Shown: one piece after another, positions 20,652 through 32,108 of the stretch | Layout of the letters: each line of letters starts with the position of its first letter | How positions within the stretch are numbered: the stretch's first letter is position 1 | Origin: an uncultured Woeseiaceae bacterium | GTDB lineage: Bacteria > Pseudomonadota > Gammaproteobacteria > Steroidobacterales > Woeseiaceae | NCBI GenBank assembly: GCA_964386685.1 | Contig: CAYLSX010000001.1 | Coordinates: forward strand, 6,417 to 70,416 | Reading direction: 5' to 3' | Length of the DNA: 64,000 nt | Notes under the pieces: model-generated | The model's database searches: none | Seen by the model: only the letters and a program-made list of their open reading frames with translations | Told to the model about the DNA's origin: nothing | Translations under genes and position numbers: made by a program

Positions 20652-21550
20652 GCGGGGGCGGCGTAAGAGATCGGCGCTTTGCGCGAATCCTCGAAGGTCA
20701 CTTCTTCCCAGGCGGCCGCATCGTCGAGAAGAGCGCGCAGCAATTTGTTGTTGAGGTCGTGTCCTGACTTGCGCGCGGAATACTCGCCAACGAGGCTATG
20801 CCCGAGTAAGTAAACGTCGCCGATCGCATCCAGGATCTTGTGAATGACGAACTCGTTTGAATAGCGCAATCCGTCTTCATTCAGAATTCGATAGTCGTCC
20901 AGTACGATGGCGTTATCCATGCTGCCGCCAAGCGTCAGGTTACGCTCGCGCAGGGTTTCAACGTCACGCAGAAAACAAAAAGTCCTTGCGCGACTGACTT
21001 CCTTCAGGAACGAGGTCGATGAAAAATCGATCGAGGCCTCCCGGCTCAGCTTGTTGAATACGGGGTGATTGAAGGAAATTTCGAAATTGACTTTGAAGCC
21101 GTTGAACGGGGTCAACTGAGCCCACTTATCCTCGACTTCGACGCGTATCTTTTTCTTGATGCGAATAAAACGCTTTGCCGCATTTTGTTCCTCGATACCT
21201 GCTGATTGCAGGAGGAAGACGAAGGGCGCGGCGCTGCCGTCCATTATCGGTACCTCGGGTGCAGACAAATCGACCATCAGGTTGTCTATCCCCAGCCCGG
21301 CTAATGCTGCCATCAGGTGCTCGACAGTCGCGACCTTCACGCCATCTTTCATTAGCGTGGTGCCCAGCATTGTCTCGCCAACCAGCTTCGGGTCCGCTTT
21401 GATATCGACCGGCTGGTCGAGGTCGACACGCCGGAACGTAATACCGGCATTGACGGCCGCCGGACGCAGCGTCATATAGACTTTTTCGCCGGTGTGCAGA
21501 CCGACACCGGTGGCACGAATCGCCGATTTAATAGTTCGTTGTCGTAACAT
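20642..21550 (-). CDS. lpxC: UDP-3-O-acyl-N-acetylglucosamine deacetylase
   Basis: [24 protein letters not shown] aligns with the E. coli LpxC N-terminus. Downstream of ftsZ. An alternative GTG start lies at 21556. Confidence 0.95.
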   Translation of the reverse strand: MLRQRTIKSAIRATGVGLHTGEKVYMTLRPAAVNAGITFRRVDLDQPVDIKADPKLVGETMLGTTLMKDGVKVATVEHLMAALAGLGIDNLMVDLSAPEVPIMDGSAAPFVFLLQSAGIEEQNAAKRFIRIKKKIRVEVEDKWAQLTPFNGFKVNFEISFNHPVFNKLSREASIDFSSTSFLKEVSRARTFCFLRDVETLRERNLTLGGSMDNAIVLDDYRILNEDGLRYSNEFVIHKILDAIGDVYLLGHSLVGEYSARKSGHDLNNKLLRALLDDAAAWEEVTFEDSRKAPISYAAPAYA

Positions 21551-21654
21551 CGCCACAGCTACCAGGTTCAGGTACCAGCTTACTGCTTAGACCCGCCGAA
21601 CGGCCGAAACCGGTTGCTGGCGGGCGTCGAAAAAATGTTCAGGTTTTTATCCCC

Positions 21655-21680
21655 AAAAAAGCCGGCAGTGTTCGGCCGGC
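21655..21680 (-). terminator. rho-independent terminator-like hairpin in the ftsZ-lpxC spacer
   Basis: On the minus strand, GCCGGC-cgaacact-GCCGGC is followed by TTTTTT. Confidence 0.6.
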
Positions 21681-21810
21681 CCTTGTTGTGTAGTCACCAC
21701 TAAAATTCAACGTCTTTGCCGTTTTATTTCAAGTAGATTATCGCGGCAGATTACCACAGCGACGAAAATTACGCCAAATATCAGCAACATAAAACGGTTG
21801 CTGTTTTCTG

Positions 21811-21849
21811 GCACAAAGAAGCCGGCCCGGAGTCGACCCCGGGCCGGCT
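21811..21849 (-). terminator. terminator-like hairpin just after ftsZ
   Basis: On the minus strand, AGCCGGCCCGG-ggtcgact-CCGGGCCGGCT (11-bp stem) is followed by TCTTTGT. Confidence 0.6.
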
Positions 21850-21905
21850 GAGCGGAGAGACGACGATCCTAACGAGTGAGCGTCATGACATCGTCGTTTG
21901 TTTTC

Positions 21906-23048
21906 CTAATCGGCCTGGCGTCGAAGGAATGCAGGAATATCGAGTAGCTCTTCCTGCAGGCCTGCCTCGTCGAGTCCGTCGCCAACTGCACGTTTCCTTT
22001 GCACGGTCGGCTTGTCGAGAACCTGGTAGTTCGGCTCGAGCGCGGCGACCGGCTGGCGAACGACGCGCATCGGCGACCCCACCTGATCGGATTGCCGCCC
22101 CAGTCCGGTTGCAACCACGGTTACCCGAATCATGTCGGTCATGTCCGGATCGATCACGGTACCAACGACAACCGTCGCATTTTCCGATGAGAATTCTTTG
22201 ATGGTATTGCCGACTTCCTGGAATTCGCCGATCGAGAGATCCATTCCGGCGGTAACGTTGACGAGAATACCGTTCGCGCCGGCCAGGTTGATGTCTTCGA
22301 GAAGCGGACTGGAAACTGCAGCTTCCGCAGCTTCGCGGGCACGGTCTTCGCCCGAAGCCGAGCCGGAGCCCATCATGGCCATACCCATTTCTGCCATTAC
22401 CGTCCTGACATCCGCAAAATCGACATTGATCAGCCCGGGTCGGGTAATCAACTCCGCGATACCCTGTACCGCACCTTGTAACACCTGATTGGCAGACTTG
22501 AATGCGTCCAGCAAGGTCGTTTCACCACCCAGAACAGCCAGCAGCTTCTCATTCGGAATCGTAATGAGAGAATCGACGAATTTGCCGAGATCGGCGATGC
22601 CGTGTTCTGCAATCGCCATGCGTTTGCTGCCTTCCATCGTGAAGGGCTTGGTCACGACAGCAACTGTCAATATACCAAGTTCCTTTGCGACCTGTGCAAC
22701 AACAGGCGTCGCCCCGGTTCCGGTACCGCCACCCATGCCGGCAGTAATAAAGAGCATGTCGGCGCCTTCGATTACCTCCTGGATACGGTCCCTGTCCTCC
22801 ATCGCCGCTTGCCTTCCTACATCGGGGTCGGCTCCTGCCCCTAGCCCCTTGGTGATGTTGCAACCGATTTGTAGCGCTGTACGAACACGGGCACTGTTTA
22901 GTGCCTGCGCGTCCGTATTCGCGCAAATGAAATCGACACCCTCGATACCGGCGTGGACCATGTGGGCGACCGCGTTACCACCGCCCCCACCAACACCGAT
23001 CACTTTTATAACTGCGCTCTGGCTGTGCGCGTCCATTAATTCAAACAT
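21906..23048 (-). CDS. ftsZ: cell division GTPase FtsZ
   Basis: Tubulin signature GGGTGTG, VIGVGGGGGNAV, and the C-terminal DIPAFLRRQAD peptide. Confidence 0.98.
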   Translation of the reverse strand: MFELMDAHSQSAVIKVIGVGGGGGNAVAHMVHAGIEGVDFICANTDAQALNSARVRTALQIGCNITKGLGAGADPDVGRQAAMEDRDRIQEVIEGADMLFITAGMGGGTGTGATPVVAQVAKELGILTVAVVTKPFTMEGSKRMAIAEHGIADLGKFVDSLITIPNEKLLAVLGGETTLLDAFKSANQVLQGAVQGIAELITRPGLINVDFADVRTVMAEMGMAMMGSGSASGEDRAREAAEAAVSSPLLEDINLAGANGILVNVTAGMDLSIGEFQEVGNTIKEFSSENATVVVGTVIDPDMTDMIRVTVVATGLGRQSDQVGSPMRVVRQPVAALEPNYQVLDKPTVQRKRAVGDGLDEAGLQEELLDIPAFLRRQAD

Positions 23049-23125
23049 TTAATTCCCTCCGCTTCGGAATAATTAACTTAAAAAGATGCTCACTCATTTA
23101 CTGCATTTGTCCCTAAAAAATTTCA

Positions 23126-24364
23126 TCAAAACTGGCCCTGAAACCAAGACTTCATTTGACCCCACAGGTCGGCAACACTCCCGGATACCGGCGTGCTGCG
23201 TTGATTTCTTCGCACGATATTTTCGAAGCCGTAGAGCAGTAGCCCGACACCGGTCGCGTGTATCGGGTTTCTGATCACGTCCATCAAACCGTTTACGTAC
23301 TGCGGCGAGCCGAGCCGAACAGGCATATGAAAGACTTCCTCGGCAAGCTCCACCGCTCCTTCCATCTTCGCGCTACCGCCCGTGATAATGATTCCGGCCG
23401 CGATCAATTCCTCGAAGCCCGAGCGTCTTAGTTCATCGCGAATAAGACCGAACAATTCTTCGAAACGCGGCTCGACGATTTCGGCAAGCGTCTGTCGTGC
23501 CAATCGTCTTGGCGGTCGTTCGCCGACGCTGGGTACTTCGATCGTCTCGTCGGGGTTGGCGAGCTGTGACAATGCGCAGGCGTACTTGATTTTGATTTCT
23601 TCGGCATACTGGGTCGGTGTACGCATGGAAACGGCGATGTCGTTAGTCACCTGATCGCCTGCGATCGGAATGACCGCCGTATGCTGAATCGCGCCACCGA
23701 GAAATACGGCAAGGTCAGTTGTGCCGCCGCCGATGTCGACGATGCAGGAACCCAGTTCCTTTTCATCGTCGGTCAGGACCGAGTAGCTTGAAGCGAGTTG
23801 CTCGAGCACGATGTCGTCGACCTCGAGCCCGCATCGCTGAATGCACTTGACGATGTTTTGCGCCGCACTTTCGGCGCCAGTCACCATGTGCACTTTGGCT
23901 TCCAGGCGTACGCCAGACATGCCGATGGGTTCGCGAATTCCTTCCTGGTTATCGATCAGGAATTCCTGCGGCAGAATGTGCAAAATCTTCTGGTCTGCCG
24001 GTATGGCGACCGCGCGCGCGGCGTCGATGACCCGATCAACGTCACCACTAGTGACTTCCTTATCGCGAATCGCAACGATGCCGTGTGAATTAAGACTCCG
24101 CACGTGGCTGCCCGCTATGCCCGTGTGCACCGAATGAATATCACAACCAGCCATTAGCTCGGCTTCTTCGACCGCTCGCTGGATCGAATGCACCGTCGAT
24201 TCGATATTGACGACGACACCTTTCTTCAATCCACGTGACGGATGCGAGCCAATTCCGATCACCTCGATATTTCCCTCTTCACTGATTTCACCAACGATCG
24301 CAACGACCTTGGAGGTGCCAATGTCCAGCCCGACGATCAGGTTCTTGTCGATTTTTTTCGACAC
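23126..24364 (-). CDS. ftsA: cell division protein FtsA
   Basis: Actin-like ATPase (LIVGLDIGTSKV, DIGGGTTD) with a C-terminal amphipathic helix. Confidence 0.97.
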   Translation of the reverse strand: MSKKIDKNLIVGLDIGTSKVVAIVGEISEEGNIEVIGIGSHPSRGLKKGVVVNIESTVHSIQRAVEEAELMAGCDIHSVHTGIAGSHVRSLNSHGIVAIRDKEVTSGDVDRVIDAARAVAIPADQKILHILPQEFLIDNQEGIREPIGMSGVRLEAKVHMVTGAESAAQNIVKCIQRCGLEVDDIVLEQLASSYSVLTDDEKELGSCIVDIGGGTTDLAVFLGGAIQHTAVIPIAGDQVTNDIAVSMRTPTQYAEEIKIKYACALSQLANPDETIEVPSVGERPPRRLARQTLAEIVEPRFEELFGLIRDELRRSGFEELIAAGIIITGGSAKMEGAVELAEEVFHMPVRLGSPQYVNGLMDVIRNPIHATGVGLLLYGFENIVRRNQRSTPVSGSVADLWGQMKSWFQGQF

Positions 24365-25176
24365 TATTGCTCGCCTCGCAATGCCATCATGTTCGGCTTT
24401 GAGTCGCCTGATTCTCCATGCGGTGCCTTGGAACCATTCTTCCAGCCGATCGTGAAACCGTTGCTATAGCGCATGTCGACATAGTCGATGTCCACGGCAC
24501 GGTTGGTGATAATTTCTGCAACAACGTCAAGAAACAGCTCGGTCCGCTGTTCTACTTCGCGTCTGCCGAGACGGATATTCACACCGTTTTGCAAAGTCAT
24601 TTCCCAGGCGCCACGCGCGTCCATATGAACGCGGCGCAGATCCAGGCCGAATGGGATCAATTGCTCGCGAACCACGAGGTAGCGTTTGGCAATTTCGTCG
24701 GAACGATTCGACGGTCCGCTCAGGCGTGGCAGCTCGGCCGGAATGTGGCGGGCATCTGTGACGAACAATTCGCCACGCGTGTTGAGCAGGCCACGTTCTC
24801 CCCAGCACGCGGCCGGAACCTGTTCGATCACGCTGATATCGAGCTGGCTGGGCCAGCGCCTGACGACATTCGCCTGATCTATCCACGGCAGTGCCACGAT
24901 TTGCCGCTGGATTTCCGACAGATTGGCGCTCAGGAAGCCATCGCTTAGCGCAGTGGAAATCGCTTCTTCGATTTGCAGTGCGCTCACGCGCTGAAATGGG
25001 CCTTCGATCGTTATCGAACGAATCGGCCGGTCGAGCAGGGTCGCACTCAACTGATAGCTGAGGACTATGATGCCGCCCGCAATAAGTGGCGTCAGGATTT
25101 TGGCCAACGGAACTTTCGGCAGCCGAAATCGCTGCACCTTTTGCGGCTTGCGACGTCTTGCCTGTTTACGCGTCAT
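24364..25176 (-). CDS. ftsQ: cell division protein FtsQ
   Basis: Basic N-terminus, a single TM segment and POTRA-like region. Sits between ddl and ftsA. Confidence 0.88.
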   Translation of the reverse strand: MTRKQARRRKPQKVQRFRLPKVPLAKILTPLIAGGIIVLSYQLSATLLDRPIRSITIEGPFQRVSALQIEEAISTALSDGFLSANLSEIQRQIVALPWIDQANVVRRWPSQLDISVIEQVPAACWGERGLLNTRGELFVTDARHIPAELPRLSGPSNRSDEIAKRYLVVREQLIPFGLDLRRVHMDARGAWEMTLQNGVNIRLGRREVEQRTELFLDVVAEIITNRAVDIDYVDMRYSNGFTIGWKNGSKAPHGESGDSKPNMMALRGEQ

Positions 25177-26161
25177 TGGCAGCCGCCTCGACGTGGGATG
25201 TTGCAGACTGATCGTCGATGCTCGTCTCGAGAATTCTCCAGCAAAGTTCCGCGAAATCGATGCCGGCGGTCTTCGCGGCCATCGGCACCAGACTGTGGCT
25301 GGTCATGCCGGGAATCGTGTTGACCTCAAGCATCTGTGGCCTGCCGTCTCTGTCTGTCATGAAGTCGGCGCGGCCCCAGCCGGAGCAGCCAAGTACCTCG
25401 AACGCAGATACGGCGAGCCTGCCGTACTCCGCCTCGAGCTCAGGATCGTCCGTGCCCGGACAGAGATACTCGGTGCTGTCCGCTTCGTATTTCGCCCGGT
25501 AATCGTAAAAAACACGTGGCGTATCGATGCGAATGCTCGGCAATGCTTCGCCCTGAAGAACCGCAACCGTCATCTCGTTGCCGACGATGCATCGCTCAGC
25601 CAGGGCCGGCCCGGCGAAGCTCAAGGCCAGATCGACGGCCGATCCGAGTTCTCCGGCTTCGAACACCTTGCTCATGCCGACACTGGAACCCTGGTTCGAC
25701 GGCTTCAATATGAGGGGATAGCCGAACTCATCCGCCGCCAGGAGTGCGTCAGACTTTTTCTCGACAACGGCAAAATCCGGCGTCGCAATGCCGGCTTCCC
25801 TGAACAAGCGCTTGCTGCGGATTTTGTCCATCGCTACCGCCGATGCCATGACGCCGCTGCCTGTATAGGGCGTGTTGAGCCACCGCAATGCGCCCTGAAG
25901 CGCCCCGTCTTCCCCGCCTGTGCCATGCAAGGCGATCCAGACGCGATCGAAACCAGCTTCATCGAAGTCGTGCATACTCCTTTCCGCCGGATCCCAGACA
26001 AGCGCATCGACTCCACGGGAGCGCAACGCCTCAAGAACCGCGTTACCGGTGTCCAGGGACACCTCCCGTTCTGTCGATATGCCGCCGAACATGACAGCAA
26101 CGCGCCCAAAGTCAGCGGCATTGCTGATGACGATGCGATGTTCTTTGATTGGCGTGTTCAC
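25166..26161 (-). CDS. ddl: D-alanine--D-alanine ligase
   Basis: GGISTEREVSL, HGTGGEDGALQG, and an ATP-grasp C-terminus NTIPGMT. Confidence 0.95.
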   Translation of the reverse strand: MNTPIKEHRIVISNAADFGRVAVMFGGISTEREVSLDTGNAVLEALRSRGVDALVWDPAERSMHDFDEAGFDRVWIALHGTGGEDGALQGALRWLNTPYTGSGVMASAVAMDKIRSKRLFREAGIATPDFAVVEKKSDALLAADEFGYPLILKPSNQGSSVGMSKVFEAGELGSAVDLALSFAGPALAERCIVGNEMTVAVLQGEALPSIRIDTPRVFYDYRAKYEADSTEYLCPGTDDPELEAEYGRLAVSAFEVLGCSGWGRADFMTDRDGRPQMLEVNTIPGMTSHSLVPMAAKTAGIDFAELCWRILETSIDDQSATSHVEAAANDA

Positions 26162-27057
26162 GACGCGACGTTCCCGACGATGCGAACCTCGTGGACAAGT
26201 TCGACACCCTGTTGCTCAGCAACTGTCTGCTGCACATGAGTAATGAGTTGCTCGACATCAGCGGCGCTGGCGTCGTCAGCGTTGATAATGAAATTGGCAT
26301 GCTTTTCGGATACTTCGGCGCCGCCGATGCGGTACCCTTTTAGCCCCGAGGCCTCGATCAGCCTTGCCGCGTGATCATCTGGGGGGTTTCTGAATACCGA
26401 TCCGCAGCTCGGCAGGCCCAGCGGTTGTGTTGCCTTTCGACGCTCGAGCATCTCTTTCAGCGTGTCCATACTGGCATCTGCCTCTGGATCGAACTCGAGC
26501 ACGGCTTCAAGAAACCATTCATCGCCGGGGCCGAGTACGCTGCGATAGCCGATCTCATAATGATCGGGCAGACGCTCGTGAATATCGCCCTGGCGGTCAA
26601 TTGTCTTGACGGACCTGATGCGCTCCCAGGTTTCGCCACCATGCGCGCCGGCATTCATCGCGAGGGCACCACCGAGCGTTCCGGGGATACCGGCAAAAAA
26701 CTCTGATGGCCCGAGGCCCCAGCGAATGCACTGCCGTGCGAGTTGCGTGCATGGAATACCCGCGCCCGCCGTAACCTGTTGGCTACCCGACTGTTCGATG
26801 TGATTCAGAATCCCCGCGACAGAGATCACGACCCCGGCCAGGCCGCCATCCCGAACCAGAAGATTGCTGCCGACGCCGAACCAGAACACCGGCACTTCGG
26901 CATCGAGCTCTCTCAAGAACAATGCGAGATCGTCAATATTCGCGGGCTTGAAGAAGTGTTCGGCCGGCCCACCAACTCGCCACGACGTATGTTTGCTCAT
27001 GGGCTCGTCGCGCCGCAGATCGCCTGTTACTGCCGGGCTCTTTTCTGCTGCCATCAT
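26158..27057 (-). CDS. murB: UDP-N-acetylenolpyruvoylglucosamine reductase
   Basis: FAD-binding domain [10 protein letters not shown] and C-terminal GSVFRNP..AARLIE. Confidence 0.95.
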   Translation of the reverse strand: MMAAEKSPAVTGDLRRDEPMSKHTSWRVGGPAEHFFKPANIDDLALFLRELDAEVPVFWFGVGSNLLVRDGGLAGVVISVAGILNHIEQSGSQQVTAGAGIPCTQLARQCIRWGLGPSEFFAGIPGTLGGALAMNAGAHGGETWERIRSVKTIDRQGDIHERLPDHYEIGYRSVLGPGDEWFLEAVLEFDPEADASMDTLKEMLERRKATQPLGLPSCGSVFRNPPDDHAARLIEASGLKGYRIGGAEVSEKHANFIINADDASAADVEQLITHVQQTVAEQQGVELVHEVRIVGNVAS

Positions 27058-28478
27058 GAGTGCACCTTCAGCGCCGGTTTCTTGGCCAGTAGTGTCGGCA
27101 AGCGGGCCGCAAGCACGCCGATGTCGCCGGCCCCCATCGTCAAGACCAGATCGCCGTCAGCGAGCACGCTACCCAGAATCTCTGCGAGGTCGTCGAGTTC
27201 TTCGACGAAAATGGGTTCGACCCCGCCGCGACTTCTGACAGCACGGGCGATCGCCCGACCGTCAGCACCAGCGATGGCGTCCTCGCCAGCGGCATATACT
27301 TCGAGAACGATGACAACGTCGGCCTCCGATAACACGGTGGCGAAATCGTCCATCAGGTCCCTGGTTCGCGAGTAGCGGTGTGGCTGAAACGCCAGCACGA
27401 TGCGTTTGTCGGGCCAGCCGGCACGGGCGGCCTCGATGGTCGCTGCAATTTCGGTTGGGTGATGGCCGTAGTCGTCGACCAGCATGACCCGTCCATTCGT
27501 GGTTTCGACTTCTCCCTGATTCTGAAATCGGCGATCGATGCCCTCGAAGTTCTGCAATGCATCAATGACGGCCTGATCTGAAATTTGCAGCTCCTGGGCA
27601 ACGGCGATTGCGGCAAGTGCGTTACGCACATTGTGCAAGCCGGGTAGCCGCAGACTGATATCCAGCGCTTCATCCTTGTCGGGGCGTACCACCCGGAAAC
27701 GTGTCAGGCCTTCCGAAAACTCGATGTCCTCGGCACGTATGTCCGCCTCGCTGTCTATGCCGTATGTCACCATCGACCTGCCGACCCGGCCAAGCACTTC
27801 GTTCACGCCCGGGTCATCGGCGCAAAGAATCGCGAGCCCGTAAAACGGCAGGTTGTGCAGGAACTCGACAAAAGCAGTGCGCAGTTTCTCGAGATCGCCG
27901 TCGTAGGTGGACATGTGATCGGCATCGATGTTGGTAACGATCGCGAGCATCGGCTTCAGATGTACGAAGCTCGCATCGCTCTCGTCCGCTTCAGCGACGA
28001 GGTATTCGCCTTGCCCCAGTCGCGCGTTGCTGTCGGCACTCTTCAGGCGGCCGCCGATAACGAAGGTCGGATCAAGACCGCCTTCGGCAAGTACGCTTGC
28101 GACCAGGCTGGTGGTTGTAGTCTTGCCGTGAGTACCTGCCACGGCGATCGAATAGCGGAAGCGCATGAGCTCGGCGAGCATTTCCGCACGCTGCACAATC
28201 GGCAGCAGTTGTTCGCGCGCGGCTGCGACTTCCGGATTGCTCTCATCGACGGCGCTCGACACGACAATCGCATCCGCGCCGCAGATATTTTTTTCGTCGT
28301 GCCCGATGACCACTGTGGCACCAAGATTTTTGAGCCGCTGCACCGATGCGTTGTTCTTGAGGTCCGAGCCCTGCACCTGATAGCCGAGACTCAGCATTAC
28401 TTCCGCGATACCGGACATGCCCGAGCCGCCGATGCCGACGAAGTGGACGCGGTTAATTCGACGCATTCGCTGAATCAT
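27054..28478 (-). CDS. murC: UDP-N-acetylmuramate--L-alanine ligase
   Basis: [17 protein letters not shown] and the Mur ligase P-loop [10 protein letters not shown]. Confidence 0.96.
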   Translation of the reverse strand: MIQRMRRINRVHFVGIGGSGMSGIAEVMLSLGYQVQGSDLKNNASVQRLKNLGATVVIGHDEKNICGADAIVVSSAVDESNPEVAAAREQLLPIVQRAEMLAELMRFRYSIAVAGTHGKTTTTSLVASVLAEGGLDPTFVIGGRLKSADSNARLGQGEYLVAEADESDASFVHLKPMLAIVTNIDADHMSTYDGDLEKLRTAFVEFLHNLPFYGLAILCADDPGVNEVLGRVGRSMVTYGIDSEADIRAEDIEFSEGLTRFRVVRPDKDEALDISLRLPGLHNVRNALAAIAVAQELQISDQAVIDALQNFEGIDRRFQNQGEVETTNGRVMLVDDYGHHPTEIAATIEAARAGWPDKRIVLAFQPHRYSRTRDLMDDFATVLSEADVVIVLEVYAAGEDAIAGADGRAIARAVRSRGGVEPIFVEELDDLAEILGSVLADGDLVLTMGAGDIGVLAARLPTLLAKKPALKVHS

Positions 28479-29563
28479 GCGTTCGCCCCCGCGACGTCGA
28501 GGCAGAGTTTGCTGATGCGGTTTAACGCATCCGGGGCATGTAGCGAGCGCGCTTTTGAGGCACGTGTTTGCAAATCATCCCGGCTGCTCAGCCAGTCGCT
28601 CAAGAGTCCGGCAAGAGTCTCGTCACTCAGATCCCGTTCTGCCACGATTACGGCCGCACCGGCATCAGCCATCGGCCGTGCATTCGCCGTTTGATGGTCG
28701 TCAACGGCCGCGGGGTACGGAACGAAAATCGCCGGCAGTCCGGCTGCAGAAAGCTCGGCCACGGTCAGCGCCCCGGCACGACAGACCACGAGATCGGCCC
28801 ACGCATAGGCGTCAGCCATGTCTTCGATGAATGGCAGAAGTTCTACCTCGATCGATTCCTGCGCATAGGCATTTCGAGCAGTGTCGATCGTCAGGCTGCC
28901 GGCCTGATGCCGCACGACGGGTCGCAGCTCTGCCGGGAGCAGTGCCAGCGCCGCGGGCACTATTTTATTTAGCGCCAGCGCACCCTGGCTGCCGCCCAGC
29001 ACCAGCAAGCGAAGCGGGCCCTGGCGCGAGCCGAATCGCGTTGCCGGATCTTCGAGTGCCGCGATGTCGGCTCGCACCGGATTACCGACGGTCTCGGATT
29101 TAATGTTGGCGGGAAAACTGCCCGGGAAGGCCTGAAGCACAACCCGGGCAAGACGCGCCAGAAGACGATTAGTTAAACCAGCGATGGCATTCTGTTCATG
29201 AATTACGAGAGGCCGCCGCATCAGCCACGCAGCCAGGCCGCCCGGCCCACTAACGAAGCCACCCATGCCCAGAACTGCCGCCGGGCGGACACGGGCCATG
29301 ACGAGCAGCGATTGGGCGAGCGCCCACACGAGCCGAAACGGCGCCAGAATCAGTGTCAGGGAACTCTTGCCGCGCAAGCCACCGACGCTAATCCATTCCA
29401 TGTCGATATCATTCGCCGGCACGACGCGTGACTCGAGCCCGCGATGCGTACCGAGCCAGACGACTTCGCGTGACTGTTGCTGCATCGCCTTGGCGACAGC
29501 CAATGCCGGATACACGTGGCCACCCGTTCCGCCCGCCATAACGAGAATCGGTCGCCCGCTCAT
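28475..29563 (-). CDS. murG: undecaprenyldiphospho-muramoylpentapeptide beta-N-acetylglucosaminyltransferase
   Basis: [17 protein letters not shown]-terminal G-loop; GT28 family. Confidence 0.96.
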   Translation of the reverse strand: MSGRPILVMAGGTGGHVYPALAVAKAMQQQSREVVWLGTHRGLESRVVPANDIDMEWISVGGLRGKSSLTLILAPFRLVWALAQSLLVMARVRPAAVLGMGGFVSGPGGLAAWLMRRPLVIHEQNAIAGLTNRLLARLARVVLQAFPGSFPANIKSETVGNPVRADIAALEDPATRFGSRQGPLRLLVLGGSQGALALNKIVPAALALLPAELRPVVRHQAGSLTIDTARNAYAQESIEVELLPFIEDMADAYAWADLVVCRAGALTVAELSAAGLPAIFVPYPAAVDDHQTANARPMADAGAAVIVAERDLSDETLAGLLSDWLSSRDDLQTRASKARSLHAPDALNRISKLCLDVAGANA

Positions 29564-30753
29564 CTCGCTGCCTTCTTCGCTTTGCGTTTGCGATTGACGG
29601 GTCGGGCATCCGTGACGAGTTCATGATGCACCCGAAGCAAGAGACCGATGGTGATCATCGCAATGATCAGGCTGCTGCGTCCGTAACTGATTAGCGGCAA
29701 TGTCAGACCCTTGGTCGGCAACAGCCCCATGTTGACACCGACATTGATAAACGCCTGAAGCCCGAGCCAGGTGCCCAGCCCCACCGTCAGATACGCCTCA
29801 AAATATCTTTCGGCGTTTGCGGCGCGGATAGACAATTTGAATACCCGCCATAGCAGTGCGAAAAACAGCGCGATCAGTAACAACGAACCGAGCAGACCAA
29901 ACTCCTCTGCGAACACAGCAAATACGAAATCTGTATGCGCCTCGGGCAGGTAAAACAACTTCTGGACGCTCGAGCCCAAACCGACGCCAAACCATTCACC
30001 GCGACCGATCGCGATGAGTGACTGCGTTAGCTGAAATCCGGAATTGAACGGGTCGGACCACGGATCGAGAAATGCAGTGAGGCGTTGCAGGCGATAGGGC
30101 GACGTGATCGCCAATGCCGCCATCGCGACAATCGTCGCGCTGAAAAACAGCAGGAAATCGCGAACACGCGCACCGGCAACGAATAGCATCGCCAGCGCCG
30201 TCGCCAGCAATACGATTGCCGCACCAAAATCGGGCTCCGCCAGCAACAGTCCGCAGGCGAGACTCAGGACCAGCATCGGCCGCAGAAAACCTGAGAACTG
30301 CTCTCGCAACGATTTGTTTTGTCGCACCAGATAGCCTGCGATATAGAGGGTCAGGCAGAGCCTTGCCGGTTCCGATACCTGAATATTCATGACGCCGACT
30401 CGCAGCCAGCGAGTGCTGCCATTGACTGCATGGCCGACGCCGGGTATCAGGACCACAAGCAACAAAGCCAGCGCAATTAACAACATGAGCGGTCCCAAAT
30501 TTCGCCAAACGCTCATGGGGATGAACAGGCAGACAAAGGCAGCAGCGGCACCGATCAGCGCGGCGATCACTTGTCGCTGCACGTAATAGAACGGTTCACC
30601 GACTGTATTGTCCGAGACGGATATCGATGCCGAGGCGAGGATTACGAGGCCACCGATTAACAGAGCCAGACCGATCGAAAGCAACACCGGATCCATTTGC
30701 AATGGCGTCTTCAGGCGGGCCGGAAACGGCATGGTGGCGCTGGAGAGGCTCAT
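29560..30753 (-). CDS. ftsW: peptidoglycan glycosyltransferase FtsW (SEDS family)
   Basis: Polytopic SEDS protein. Start trimmed to MSLSS, whose ATG overlaps the murD stop (ATGA). Confidence 0.92.
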   Translation of the reverse strand: MSLSSATMPFPARLKTPLQMDPVLLSIGLALLIGGLVILASASISVSDNTVGEPFYYVQRQVIAALIGAAAAFVCLFIPMSVWRNLGPLMLLIALALLLVVLIPGVGHAVNGSTRWLRVGVMNIQVSEPARLCLTLYIAGYLVRQNKSLREQFSGFLRPMLVLSLACGLLLAEPDFGAAIVLLATALAMLFVAGARVRDFLLFFSATIVAMAALAITSPYRLQRLTAFLDPWSDPFNSGFQLTQSLIAIGRGEWFGVGLGSSVQKLFYLPEAHTDFVFAVFAEEFGLLGSLLLIALFFALLWRVFKLSIRAANAERYFEAYLTVGLGTWLGLQAFINVGVNMGLLPTKGLTLPLISYGRSSLIIAMITIGLLLRVHHELVTDARPVNRKRKAKKAAR

Positions 30754-32108
30754 GACGGCAAGCCCTGAACTGCCGCAGCAAATGCATCGCCGCGAGCCAT
30801 GTAATTCGGGAACTGGTCGAAGCTGGCACAACCCGGTGCCAGCAAGACCGTGTCGCCCGATTCGGCGTAGCCGGCCGCCTGCACAACCGCATCATCGATA
30901 TCGTTTGCGATAACTACCAGCGCTTTGTCCGCCAGGGCGTCCGCAATCCGATCGGCATCGCTGCCAATCAGGACCGCCGCTCTGAGACGGTCGCTGACCG
31001 CGTTTGCCAAGTCGTCGAAATCACCACCTTTCGATTCACCACCGGCGATCAGGACGATGATGCCATCTATCGATTCGACCGCGGCGACCGCTGCACCAAC
31101 ATTGGTCGCCTTGGAATCGTTGATGAAATCGACCCCTTGCTTGCGTGCGACCAATTGCATGCGGTGCGGCAGCCCCGGAAATTCCGCAAGTACTTGCAGC
31201 ATCGCCGGCAATTCGAGCCCCATGAGCTCACCGGCGGCCAACGCAGCCAGCGCGTTCAATTGATTGTGCCGGCCCACCAGGGCCAGCTCCGAGGTAGCAA
31301 GCAGCAGTTGCTCTCCCCGTGCGAGAAATTCACCGCCCTCTTCTTCGCGTAGTCCGTAGTGTTCGTCCTCGGGTACGTCCAGCCCGAAACTGACGATGCG
31401 CGTACCCTTGCTTACGTGTTTGGCAATGTCCGGGTCGTTTCGACTGATCACTGCGGCAGCCGCGTTCCGGAATATGCGGTATTTGGCATTGCGATAGTTC
31501 TTTTCGCTCTCGTGCCAGTCGAGGTGATCGGCAGATACGTTCAGCAACACGGCGACTTTCGCCGGCAGCGTTTCGGTGCGCTGGAGTTGGAAGCTCGAAA
31601 GTTCGAGCACATAGAGATCAGGCTTGTCCTGCAGCAGCAGATCGAGCGCCGGTTCGCCGAGATTCGCGCCAGCCAGCGCCGTCATGCCGGCCGCATCGCA
31701 CATCAGCGCCAGCAGGGTCGTAACCGTACTCTTGCCATTCGAGCCGGTGACAGCAACGATCGGCGCCTCGGCATCCTGTGCGAACAGCTCAATGTCCGAC
31801 ACGACATCGATACCGGCCTTTCTTGCCACGGTGAGCATTGGCTCGGAATCGGCAACACCGGGTGATGCAATGATGCGATTGATATTGGAAAGTTGAACGG
31901 TGGCGTTTTCGCCGAGGATGACATCGGCATCCGGCAGCAACTCATGCAATTCATCGAGGCCCGGCGGCTCGCTGCGGCTGTCGACGAACAGCGCGTCGAT
32001 GCCATTGCGCTTCAGATAGCGGGCGACTGACATGCCGGTGATACCGAGTCCAAACACGAGGTTGTCGGCCTTCGACGTCGCGGCTTTGAGTTTCTTGACC
32101 GCGCTCAT
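30750..32108 (-). CDS. murD: UDP-N-acetylmuramoylalanine--D-glutamate ligase
   Basis: [15 protein letters not shown] Rossmann N-terminus and GSNGKSTV P-loop. Start trimmed to MSAVKK (ATGA overlap with the mraY stop). The 570-aa ORF-track version is an artefact. Confidence 0.95.
   Translation of the reverse strand: MSAVKKLKAATSKADNLVFGLGITGMSVARYLKRNGIDALFVDSRSEPPGLDELHELLPDADVILGENATVQLSNINRIIASPGVADSEPMLTVARKAGIDVVSDIELFAQDAEAPIVAVTGSNGKSTVTTLLALMCDAAGMTALAGANLGEPALDLLLQDKPDLYVLELSSFQLQRTETLPAKVAVLLNVSADHLDWHESEKNYRNAKYRIFRNAAAAVISRNDPDIAKHVSKGTRIVSFGLDVPEDEHYGLREEEGGEFLARGEQLLLATSELALVGRHNQLNALAALAAGELMGLELPAMLQVLAEFPGLPHRMQLVARKQGVDFINDSKATNVGAAVAAVESIDGIIVLIAGGESKGGDFDDLANAVSDRLRAAVLIGSDADRIADALADKALVVIANDIDDAVVQAAGYAESGDTVLLAPGCASFDQFPNYMARGDAFAAAVQGLPS

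Noticed and set aside
25067-26239. A 390-aa ORF on the plus strand spanning ftsQ, ddl and murB
   Set aside because: It lies exactly antisense to three well-supported genes. The product is Arg/Ala/Cys-rich and low in complexity, with no motif. It is a shadow ORF, produced because the GC3-rich sense genes avoid the codons TTA, CTA and TCA.
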